From IMG/VR virus record IMGVR_UViG_3300042309_001835, positions 1 to 64,000 of that record: a stretch of DNA of 64,000 nt; one strand, 5' to 3'. A program made the position numbers and the translations under genes. A model generated the notes under the pieces. The model made no database searches. It was not told the DNA's origin and saw only the letters and a list, made by a program, of their open reading frames with translations. The stretch's first letter is position 1, and every line of letters starts with the position of its first letter. The stretch is from a virus. Shown here one piece after another: positions 50,449-59,079 of the stretch.

Positions 50449-50817
50449 TTGCTTAAAACAATCAGCCTGCTTGGCGTTGCTTCGCTGGTCTTCTCATCAT
50501 TCAATCCAGCACAAGCAATCAACAAGCAATGCACTACGGCCTCTTATTATGGCCATGGTGATGGTTTTCATGGTAAAAAAACCGCTAATGGGGAACGATT
50601 CAATGGACATGGCATCACCACGGCCCATCCTCGCCTGCCATTCGGATCCATGCTCCTGGTGTTCAACCCTGACACAGGAAAATCTGTAACAGTTCGTGTC
50701 AATGATCGCGGCCCGTATGCTCATGGCCGTGGGTTGGACCTGAGCTACGGCGCCTTCCTGAAGGTGGCCAACCCCTCGCAGGGGACCGCCAAGGTCTGTT
50801 ATACGCGGCTAACTTGA
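50449..50817 (+). CDS. rlpA: RlpA-like lytic transglycosylase with signal peptide
   Basis: ASYYG...FHGKKTANGE...TTAHPRLPFG...VRVNDRGP...LDLS. Confidence 0.92.
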   Translation: MLKTISLLGVASLVFSSFNPAQAINKQCTTASYYGHGDGFHGKKTANGERFNGHGITTAHPRLPFGSMLLVFNPDTGKSVTVRVNDRGPYAHGRGLDLSYGAFLKVANPSQGTAKVCYTRLT

Positions 50818-50856
50818 CGCCGAACAGCTAATGTGGGGGGGACTCCCCCCTTTTTT

Positions 50857-51351
50857 ATGGTTGAGTTTTTCTTTACACCCGCGCAACGTCAGCGTGCCCT
50901 AGAGGAGGCCACAAGGCGGCAGGACTCCAATCAAAGGCTTGGGCGCAAAGGTCGCAACAAGGGGCCTACAACGGGGCCAGAGGCCCTGGAAAAGCACAAA
51001 ATAGGAGCCGGGGCAGAGTTAGCGGTAGCAATTTATCTTGGACTTGAGGAATTTGTATTTCAGGATACGAATCCCGTCAGGGGGTCTTCCGATTTGCCTG
51101 GAAAGATCGATGTAAAGTGCAGGCCTTGTCATCATTGGGATTTATTGGTACAATTGGATGACGACCTTGAAAAGACCTATGTGCTAGTTACGATACAACA
51201 CAGGCGTATATTTATCCATGGATGGATTCATGGCTCCATGATCCCCAAGGAATGTATAAAAGAGTACGCCCCAGGAAGACCCTGTTACAGCATCCCACAA
51301 TCAAACCTGAAACCAATTGAGGACTTGAAATGTCAGGCGGAAGCTGCTTAA
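50857..51351 (+). CDS. PD-(D/E)XK-like hypothetical nuclease
   Basis: GAGAELAVA...IDVK...HGWI. Confidence 0.55.
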   Translation: MVEFFFTPAQRQRALEEATRRQDSNQRLGRKGRNKGPTTGPEALEKHKIGAGAELAVAIYLGLEEFVFQDTNPVRGSSDLPGKIDVKCRPCHHWDLLVQLDDDLEKTYVLVTIQHRRIFIHGWIHGSMIPKECIKEYAPGRPCYSIPQSNLKPIEDLKCQAEAA

Positions 51352-51515
51352 GTCGTCATGATTGCTGGCTCTCCTGGGAAGAACAAGATGGAGAGGAGTT
51401 TGCTGTTCTTAACTTTTCGGATGACCTGATATCCCAGCTTGGATGGGAAGAAGGGGACGAGTTAGACTGGACCCAAAACGATAATGGCTCAATTTCCATC
51501 GCTAGGCCAAAATAA
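51330..51515 (+). CDS. AbrB/MazE-like small protein
   Basis: QLGWEEGDELDW. Confidence 0.55.
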   Translation: MSGGSCLSRHDCWLSWEEQDGEEFAVLNFSDDLISQLGWEEGDELDWTQNDNGSISIARPK

Positions 51516-52388
51516 TGGACAAGCCGCTGCACATGCGCGAGTTAAGACAGAAAGTCGCTGAGCGAATGTGGAGCGTTTGTCGGTCAGAACTTGATCCAGT
51601 TGAGCCGCCGCCGGTAATATATGCCATGACAGAAACGGCGATCAATGAGATATATATGAATATCGATAAGATGCTAATGCAAACCATAAAGGACAGACTT
51701 GAGAGGCTGATATGACCGATGAAGAAATCATAAAGACAATCCACGCTAAGATCCGTGACCACGAGGTCCGAGTCGCCATCGTGTCTGGTACCCTGGGTCT
51801 GGCAATCCTGACCGGAATCTTCCATGCAATTCATCTCAACCACACCTTGCTGTCTCGATAGCTTGACTCAAGACGAGCGGGATGAGCTGAATGTATTGAA
51901 GGCAGCGATCAGTTACCTGCCCAGCACGGTCCACCCTGCTAAGATGATGCGGTTCACTCAGCTCTGCGCCCGGTGCCTGTGTGGCAAGGGCGATCCCTCT
52001 TGCTAATGACAAATAACCTTGAACACAACAAGGATGGTTTTGCGATCAAATATCGCATTGGCGACTATATGAATTACTTGCGATTTAACGATACAACTGC
52101 ACAGCGCTCCATTTCTAATATTGCTATATTTTTGATTGGATGTGGATTTGGTCGCTCGGCCGTCATCCAAGGACTTAGGGACGCAGCGGACCAGATGGAG
52201 TCAGATTGGAACTGATCCCCTGGCGGAACGCGTCTAGACCCCGGCACCGTAAGACCCACCATTGGTGCCTGGGTCAATTCTGAACAAATCCCGAAGATCT
52301 TGACACCATGACAAGCTGGGGTCTATGGTTGAGACACAGGCAAGCAACCTGTTGTTATGCAATCAAATCCCACTGCTCTGATTAAAAA

Positions 52389-52826
52389 ATGGAACGAATC
52401 CTTGATTTCTGCGACGTAACAAGCTGCGACCTCAGTCTGTCCGGCCCAGGCCTGGTACTAAGGTTGTCTCAAGGGGATGTTGTCACGAAAATCAGGATCG
52501 GTACTGACAAATTCGCAGAAACCCACCCGCCAGTAAAAGCGATCACAAACACTGTCAGCGTGACACCAGCCGCAACAGGCCGCCAGCAGGCCGTAGTTGG
52601 ACTAATTGAGAAGGCTACATCAGTGGCACTCGCGGGCAGATCCAAGCGCGTACCCCAGCGTCGACTGAACGAACAAGACGTTAAGGAGATCAGACGAAAC
52701 TGGGATGCAACCGTAAAAGCCTGCGGTTCCAAAAATGCCGCCGCAGAGCAACTTGGACGCATCTATAACTGCAGCGCCAAAAACGTATATGCAATTATTT
52801 ACAGATATTCATGGGTGAACATCTGA
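52389..52826 (+). CDS. C-terminal HTH protein
   Basis: LNEQDVKEIR...LGRIYNCS...IIYRYSW. Confidence 0.6.
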   Translation: MERILDFCDVTSCDLSLSGPGLVLRLSQGDVVTKIRIGTDKFAETHPPVKAITNTVSVTPAATGRQQAVVGLIEKATSVALAGRSKRVPQRRLNEQDVKEIRRNWDATVKACGSKNAAAEQLGRIYNCSAKNVYAIIYRYSWVNI

Positions 52827-52913
52827 TGGTCCGCTAGACTGGGCACGCGGCAAAGGGTTGCCGTGTGTGAGGAGAGTGCTAAACTGGCGCTGGCCATGAG
52901 CTAGCGCTTTTTT

Positions 52914-53270
52914 ATGTCTAACGAAATCGGTCGGCAATCCTGCATGGTTATCACCCTGGATGACTACAAGTTTCAGCTCGAGGATGCGAATGAGCCGGAT
53001 GGGTTTGCTGAATACAAGGGAAAGATGGAAGTGTCTTATGATGGAGAATTTCTTGGTATAGACGTCTGGGAAGCTCCAGTTAACAGTGATTTTATCGATT
53101 CGCCTGTTCAACAAATAACTCTTGCTGGCCCAGATCAGGCTAACCTGCTGGTGGGTGCGATCCTTGCTTTGTTGGAATCTTATGGTCATCAGACTGTACT
53201 AGATGACGAGGATATCCAGGAGGAGTACAAGCAATTGGCAGAGGAGGCCCAAGGCACAGTATTCAGGTAA
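52914..53270 (+). CDS. acidic hypothetical protein
   Basis: 118-aa ORF. Confidence 0.55.
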   Translation: MSNEIGRQSCMVITLDDYKFQLEDANEPDGFAEYKGKMEVSYDGEFLGIDVWEAPVNSDFIDSPVQQITLAGPDQANLLVGAILALLESYGHQTVLDDEDIQEEYKQLAEEAQGTVFR

Positions 53271-53278
53271 ACTTTTGT

Positions 53279-53515
53279 ATGGACACGCAGCCATTAAAAC
53301 GTACCTGGGACACCCCCATCAGGGAGCGATGGAATGCCCCTATCCATCACTGCCTAAAGGCTATTGATGGCCACGTTGATTTGTACCTGAAGACAGGCGA
53401 TAGGTGGCACATCGAGCAGGCCAACTTTCTGCGTTCTTATGTAGGGCGACTAAAGACCTGGATTCATGAGGAAGAAGACTGCCTGAAGTATCGCAACGCA
53501 GAAGACACCGAATGA
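53279..53515 (+). CDS. hypothetical protein
   Basis: WDTPIRERWNAPIHHCLKAID. Confidence 0.55.
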   Translation: MDTQPLKRTWDTPIRERWNAPIHHCLKAIDGHVDLYLKTGDRWHIEQANFLRSYVGRLKTWIHEEEDCLKYRNAEDTE

Positions 53516-53970
53516 CTTTCGGGTCGAAGTCCAGTTTCTTTGTGCCATTTTATCATTGTATCTTGACGTAGCGGACCGCGATCAAAATAAACCTTGAAGT
53601 TCTGGTGGCTGGCAAGTTCAACCAATTCACGCACGCTGCCACTGTGCCTAAGTCGTTCGTGTATAACCAGCTCTGGACGTTGGTCGTACAGCTCCCCGTA
53701 TGCGTTGTATTCAGTCATTAGCTGTGGTCCGAATAGATGGCGTTTACTTGGATTACCGATATTCTACCCATGTAAATGAAATACTGTTGCGCGTGTGACA
53801 ATTTAATGTGCTGTTAATCGGCTCGCAAGATCTTGTTGCATTCACCGAATGGTTTAGTAATCGACGGGCATGGTTCAGAGGGACCGTAGATTAACAAATC
53901 CTGGAATGCCAGCACCAGAACCAGTACCGCAATGTAGCTGATACTCATCAATATCATCAGCCCGTCAATG

Positions 53971-54114
53971 CTACCGCTTGCGCTTTTTCTTTTTGCTAGA
54001 TGCGGCTTGACTAAGAGCAATTGCTTGAGCTTGTTTTGGGTCACGGCCTTCCTTGATTAGTGTGCGGATGTTGCTGCTGATCGTTTTCTGACTGGGGCCC
54101 TTCCTTAACGGCAT
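53971..54114 (-). CDS. 47-aa basic protein (not in ORF track)
   Basis: [35 protein letters not shown]... Confidence 0.65.
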   Translation of the reverse strand: MPLRKGPSQKTISSNIRTLIKEGRDPKQAQAIALSQAASSKKKKRKR

Positions 54115-54220
54115 TCGCGTTCTCCAGGTGATCGTAAGCTAGGACCCATACGATTGTCAACAAGGTCCCCAGTAATACGATACCTAATCCGATTGCAATA
54201 TCCCACGGGAACTCAGTCAT

Positions 54221-54511
54221 CTACCATAACTCCTTGTTAGCCCAGTAAGCACCGGAAAGTTTTCCACGTGCAATATTCTTTGCGTGCCTACTTTTGAAAG
54301 ATTCACGCCTTGCTTTGTCTTTAGCAGAATCACTGGCACTAGGTTTACCCGCTGTAGTCATTTTTTGATCGCCAAAACGTACCAGTTTCACGGTATCGCC
54401 ATCTTTCGCGAGAACTACGCCTTTTTTTGTTGGATGGTCAGGGGTTCGCTTCGGCTTGTTGTAACCCTCTAGACCATATTTTTCGAGACGGGGATCCTTC
54501 TTTTTGGCCAT
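54221..54511 (-). CDS. basic late protein
   Basis: GYNKPKRTPDHPTKK...VRFGDQ...AYWANKELW; late motif upstream. Confidence 0.7.
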   Translation of the reverse strand: MAKKKDPRLEKYGLEGYNKPKRTPDHPTKKGVVLAKDGDTVKLVRFGDQKMTTAGKPSASDSAKDKARRESFKSRHAKNIARGKLSGAYWANKELW

Positions 54512-54579
54512 GGAATCACGAATCCGATTCCTTAGATTTCCTGAATGCGTCCCTATAATGCCTTAGGTGCAACAAAGAC

Positions 54580-54891
54580 TTGCCGTACAGCGACCTTGAC
54601 ACGCAAAGGCAGCCCTGCCGAGCACTTCAAAAAAGAAAAGATATGGTTAACAGCGCCAAGGAGAAACCCTGTGCACATTGCAATCAGAATTACCCACGTC
54701 CTGTAATGGACCTGCATCACATTGACCCATCCAAGAAGGGGTTAGAAATATCTAAATTGGTGTACAGGTGCAGTTACAGTGCGCTCCAGGAAGAAATAAG
54801 TAAGTGCGTCCCACTCTGCGCCAACTGCCACAGGATGGTCCACGCCGGACTAATTGAACTGGAAGACCCGGAAATCCAGCCAAAAGAATAA
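54580..54891 (+). CDS. HNH endonuclease-like protein
   Basis: CAHC...DLHHIDP...KCVPLCANCHR. Confidence 0.8.
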   Translation: MPYSDLDTQRQPCRALQKRKDMVNSAKEKPCAHCNQNYPRPVMDLHHIDPSKKGLEISKLVYRCSYSALQEEISKCVPLCANCHRMVHAGLIELEDPEIQPKE

Positions 54892-54899
54892 AGAATAAA

Positions 54900-54980
54900 T
54901 GGCCTCAACGAGAGTCGAACTCGTACACCCTGCGGCGGCGCATTTTAAGTGCGCTGTGTCTACCGTTTCACCATGAGGCC
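54900..54980 (-). tRNA. tRNA-Leu(TAA)
   Basis: Cloverleaf: GCGCA-CT-TAA-AA-TGCGC, long variable arm, GTTCGA. Confidence 0.9.
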
Positions 54981-55056
54981 TGGTGCTCCCTGCGTGGATC
55001 GAACACGCCTAAGGTCGATTATGAGTCGACTGCATTCACCAGATTGCTAAGGGAGC
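54981..55056 (-). tRNA. tRNA with CAT anticodon (elongator Met or Ile2)
   Basis: GTCGA-CT-CAT-AA-TCGAC, GTTCGA, encoded CCA; no initiator features. Confidence 0.88.
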
Positions 55057-55173
55057 AGCAACCGTCACACTGTAGCCGATGCGGGTCGTCTTTGTAATAT
55101 CCTCGTCCCATGATCTCCTGTAGACGGTTGCCACCGGGCACGCTAATGTCCACCTAAGGCCCTGCGACCTACA

Positions 55174-55548
55174 ATGCCCCGTCCAATCAAGCCACGTTCA
55201 AGCCGTCGCCGCCTGCAGGGACAGCGCATCCTAAGCTTTGTCGCAACCCATCAAATCGATGGCAACGGCATCCAAGGTGTTACGGCTGCCAGGAAATTCG
55301 TATCACAAAATAATGTTTGCTATCCGGCAATCATTCGCGTTCATCGCAACAGGTATACAATCGACAGTTTTTTCCTCGCGGAAAAGGGAATGTTCGGATT
55401 GGCATATGCTGAATTCAATTGGATGGTATTTCCGTGCCTTCGGCAACTGGTCGAAAAAATTGGCCCAAGAGAGCTTTTCACTGACTTGGGCCTTTATGAT
55501 TGGGCTTCCGAAGAAGAGAGCTACAGGGCGGAATACGCTTTTATCTAA
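55174..55548 (+). CDS. hypothetical protein
   Basis: 124-aa ORF. Confidence 0.55.
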   Translation: MPRPIKPRSSRRRLQGQRILSFVATHQIDGNGIQGVTAARKFVSQNNVCYPAIIRVHRNRYTIDSFFLAEKGMFGLAYAEFNWMVFPCLRQLVEKIGPRELFTDLGLYDWASEEESYRAEYAFI

Positions 55549-55967
55549 GCGACCCTAGTTAGCCTGTTTCCGAAGTTGAACTTATAGCCCTCGACGGTTT
55601 GATCCTGACAGGGCTCCATGTATGTTCTGAAGCAACAAATCTTGTTGATTGCCGTGGTGTCAACGCCAAACTCTTTGGCAATGTCACCCTGCTTTTCACC
55701 CAAGTGGGCCCTTAGGCGAATTTCGTAAATCTGACGATCGCTGAAAAAGCCTTGCTTGCGTCCACGCTTGACTGGATCGACGCTCACGGGTGGCCGACGC
55801 ATAACACGTCTGACAACGCGGCCAGGAGTGCTGGCCGAAACGTCTGTAATCCTGGCTATGCTGTCATAGTCATAACCTTGGCACCTCAGGTCCCAAATGC
55901 GGTCTTCTTTGGGAATGGAAACTCTTCCTCTTGCTCTGGTCATGGTTTCGGGTAATGGGTATCCCAC
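55545..55967 (-). CDS. double-HTH DNA-binding protein
   Basis: YDSIARITDVS; QGDIAKEFGVDTTAINKI. Confidence 0.7.
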   Translation of the reverse strand: MGYPLPETMTRARGRVSIPKEDRIWDLRCQGYDYDSIARITDVSASTPGRVVRRVMRRPPVSVDPVKRGRKQGFFSDRQIYEIRLRAHLGEKQGDIAKEFGVDTTAINKICCFRTYMEPCQDQTVEGYKFNFGNRLTRVA

Positions 55968-56069
55968 TGCCCTTCTATCTTAGACGAATACTGGAGGGAA
56001 GCAACCCCCGGCCCGCCGCAGTGTTACAATTTATTGACACGCCACATCAGGCGTAACCGTTGCATTACG

Positions 56070-56240
56070 TTACAATCCCCTTGTTTCATAGTATCCACGA
56101 TTTAATTGAACCCAGAAAGCGGATGCTTCAATGCGCTGGCTCCAGGCTTCTGGGTCCGATGGGTCGTGGATATTTTGCAGATATATTGGCGGGAACATTG
56201 AACGCTTCCAGGCCCTGAAGGCCCAATAAATATAGCCCAC
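56070..56240 (-). CDS. possible 56-aa protein (not in ORF track)
   Basis: GTG-started open frame MGYIYWAFRAWKRS... Confidence 0.35.
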   Translation of the reverse strand: MGYIYWAFRAWKRSMFPPIYLQNIHDPSDPEAWSQRIEASAFWVQLNRGYYETRGL

Positions 56241-56271
56241 GCTATTGCAGACAAACTAGCATAGATTACCA

Positions 56272-56373
56272 GCGCCCAGACGGGAATCGAACCCGCATCG
56301 TAGTCCTGTCATATAGCATTGCGTCCAACGCATCAGCCAGGTACCGACCTGTCCAGTTGGTTCGGACTGGGCG
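56272..56373 (-). ncRNA. tRNA-like RNA with enlarged anticodon arm
   Basis: CGCCCAG/CTGGGCG acceptor stem, GCGGG-TTCGATT-CCCGT T arm, extended D and anticodon arms. Confidence 0.7.
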
Positions 56374-56374
56374 A

Positions 56375-56448
56375 CGACTCAGACAGGACTCAAACCTGTG
56401 ACCGACCGCTTAGAAGGCGGTTGCTCTATTCAACTGAGCTACTGAGCC
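56375..56448 (-). tRNA. tRNA-Arg(TCT)
   Basis: ACCGC-CT-TCT-AA-GCGGT, canonical D arm, T loop TTTGAGT. Confidence 0.88.
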
Positions 56449-56461
56449 ATTAGTCAGGCAG

Positions 56462-56527
56462 GGCGTCTTACCGTATCGGGCGGTATCTCCTGGCTATGTG
56501 CCAGGCGTGTTCCTTACACCAAGACGC
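56462..56527 (-). ncRNA. miniature tRNA-like RNA (CAT at loop centre)
   Basis: GCGTCTT/AAGACGC, GTGT/ACAC, CCTGG-CA-CAT-AG-CCAGG, ACCG-CCCGATA-CGGT. Confidence 0.6.
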
Positions 56528-56529
56528 AG

Positions 56530-56916
56530 TGACCCTCCTGTTTGTGCATCATCCAGCGTCCTGGGGCTAAGCATAGAGGGTGTTTGCACGGATCTAACCT
56601 GCGATCCGTAAGGGGTACCTTCTCCCTAAGGGGCCCCGCCGGGTCCGGGACGGTTGGTCAACCGTATGCAGTCCGTCGAGCTTGCCAAGTGGGTCGAGGG
56701 CTCAACCGTGGACTAGACGGGCGGAGGTGATCAACCCTCCGGCCTGGAAACCCAGGACTTCACGCAGGTCAACAACGATCGAAAATTTCCGATCCAGAAT
56801 CGACGCAGTGCCCATTCCTGTTGACTGCACCCCGCCGACAGAGCAGCGTGGGGGGTTAACAGAAGGATTGGGCGTGACCGGATACAAAAGTAACCAGACA
56901 GTGGCCCAACCTCTGT
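56530..56916 (-). ncRNA. series of structured RNA modules, including a tRNA-like one at 56715-56836
   Basis: Contiguous GC-rich stems, no credible ORF. Confidence 0.55.
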
Positions 56917-56923
56917 CACTAAC

Positions 56924-56932
56924 AGTATACCA
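56924..56932 (-). promoter_or_regulatory. extended -10 promoter TGnTATACT
   Basis: TGGTATACT about 7 nt upstream of the first RNA module. Confidence 0.65.
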
Positions 56933-56937
56933 CAAAG

Positions 56938-57465
56938 TCAGTCCACGTTGACTGCCATCTCAGACCTGATTTGCTCAAAGTCGATTGGCCTGTAGTCCGT
57001 ATGTTCTACGCATACGCATCTGTATCTGAGATCGGGCTCATCTTTCTCATCCAAGACTTGTCGGTAATGTAAATGTCCATGGATATTGCCCTTGTACCTG
57101 ATGACTCCACAAGTGTGAACAGGAATATGCGTCAGGACATAATGATCCAGGTAATGACACCCTCTGATGTCATCAAAATATTTCACATAGTCCTGTAGCT
57201 TGAAAATATCATGATTTCCTCTGATTAGAATCTTCCTGCCATTCAGCCTTTCTAGACACTTCAGTCCACGCCTGGGAATAGCCACGTCTCCAAGGTGGTA
57301 AACTTTATCCTTGGGGCTAACGGTGTTGTTCCAGTTGTCGATCAATGCTTCATTCATTTCATCTACGTCATCCCAGGGCCTGAGCTTGGAGCCGTCGTCC
57401 CTGGTGAATCGGCAGACGCCGCCATGCCCGAAATGTGTATCAGAGATTAAGAATGTCTTCGTCAT
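56938..57465 (-). CDS. calcineurin-like metallophosphoesterase
   Basis: SDTHFGH, HLGD, GNHD, HGHLH. Confidence 0.9.
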   Translation of the reverse strand: MTKTFLISDTHFGHGGVCRFTRDDGSKLRPWDDVDEMNEALIDNWNNTVSPKDKVYHLGDVAIPRRGLKCLERLNGRKILIRGNHDIFKLQDYVKYFDDIRGCHYLDHYVLTHIPVHTCGVIRYKGNIHGHLHYRQVLDEKDEPDLRYRCVCVEHTDYRPIDFEQIRSEMAVNVD

Positions 57466-57966
57466 TACAGGAATTGTTCCATTAAGCTCACCTTAGCTTG
57501 ACAGGACGAGATGATGGTATAAGTTGTTATCGCACTCTGACTTTACAGCAGGATGACCCCCAGGACTCCAGTCGAGGTACTGCCCGCCAAGCCAAACAGT
57601 GACTACCGAGCCACCTATCGCTTGGACGGTGAGGTGTCTAAGCTGAACGTCAATGCTGCAAGTTACTACGAAGTGTGGCTTATTGTAAAGCGCACGTATC
57701 CAATGGCCTCTGTGGTTGCCATTTTGCTTGTGACCGTCTAAGGTCCGTCCAATGTTCGCAATGATCAACAAATGAATGGATAACCTGGTAGAGATCACGT
57801 CAGCCCTGATCGAAACAGGCAACCGCAGTCCCCGCGCTACGGCAATCGCTGTACTCAGGGCACTGTCCGCAACACTGAGGATTTATCCAGATCCAGGCGA
57901 CCTTAATCTGGAGGACTGCGCCGACTGGATTGACTCACAGCTTGAACAAACTAAACCATTCAAAAA

Positions 57967-58329
57967 ATGAACCCTAGTACACTTGTTGCTGCTGGCTTCG
58001 CCAACGAACTGGCTGAAGTCCTGGAACTTAAACTGTTGGGAGTTGATGCTGTTGGTGAAAACTCTTGGGACGATCATGCGCGTCAAGTCCTGGAGGGATA
58101 CCACAAGACTCTTGACCGGGGCGTGTCGACGTATCTACCGCTTTGGCGTTCACTTCATGAAGCCTATAGCTCAATCGACAGAACCAGCCCGCCGTATGTA
58201 ATCTTTTCCGCGCTGATCACGGCTTTCTGCGATCGAATGGAATCGGATTTCCCTGTGCATGAAATAGATAAAAGCGTTTTGATTGGTTACTTGCGTGACG
58301 AAGCGGAAAAAGCACTGGTTTGTGAGTAA
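57967..58329 (+). CDS. hypothetical protein
   Basis: ATGA-coupled to the upstream small gene. Confidence 0.55.
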   Translation: MNPSTLVAAGFANELAEVLELKLLGVDAVGENSWDDHARQVLEGYHKTLDRGVSTYLPLWRSLHEAYSSIDRTSPPYVIFSALITAFCDRMESDFPVHEIDKSVLIGYLRDEAEKALVCE

Positions 58330-58694
58330 TGAAGAGTAAATCGAATCGTCTTGGATTGAATCGAGACGATATGATGACATCCGCAGCCGTTCTGTTTCGT
58401 TTGGCAACAGCCCTAAGGAAGAACAATTTACCCAAGATCACACCAGATGAACTCGACCACATGGCCCGCACCATCAGAAAGAAGGCAGATTCTAAGTAGA
58501 ACTATGCCGCGAGCGCCCCACGAGAATGGAGCGCCAATCGTCACTCCGGCGTGCTGCCCTGCCTGGAAGGCTATCAGGAACCAGCTTGATTGGTATCCTT
58601 TTGCTGATTATCCAGATCATGTTTGCATGCCATGTATCGGCCAGTGGCGCGTTAACCAGTGCCCGTCATGTGGCGCTGATGTTCGCATGTCTGT

Positions 58695-58994
58695 ATGGAG
58701 GCTGCCTTGACCAACAAGCGTCAGTTCAACCAACCCCCGCGTGAACTGTTAGAGCAGTGGGTTGAAGAAGCCGATCAAAAGCTGACGACCCTGGAGGCAT
58801 GCCAGCACGTCGCTCAGAAGGCCTCTGAGTGGGGTTTCGCCACAGCACTGTGCCCTGACCCCAATAGCCTGAAACAACGCGCCCTGAGGGGCCTGGAGCG
58901 CATCAAGAACCTTGGTGTGGTATCGACATGGGTGGGCAAGGACGTATTTCAAGTAATCGAGGAGGCCCTGGAGAGTCTGCCAGACAATACATAA
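58695..58994 (+). CDS. divergent member of paralog family A
   Basis: PPRELLEQW...SEWG...SLKQRAL...IEEALESLPD. Confidence 0.6.
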   Translation: MEAALTNKRQFNQPPRELLEQWVEEADQKLTTLEACQHVAQKASEWGFATALCPDPNSLKQRALRGLERIKNLGVVSTWVGKDVFQVIEEALESLPDNT

Positions 58995-59079
58995 GCAATA
59001 CTAATGGTTTGAGGTATTGACCTGCGGGTGTCTAGCGGATAATTTAGATATGTCCTTAGACGCCAACAGGCTCTTAGCC

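Noticed and set aside
56272-56916. tmRNA or group I intron
   Set aside because: No GGGGC alanine-type acceptor with tag ORF and no recognisable group I core; ORFs 56542-56730 and 56682-56951 look spurious
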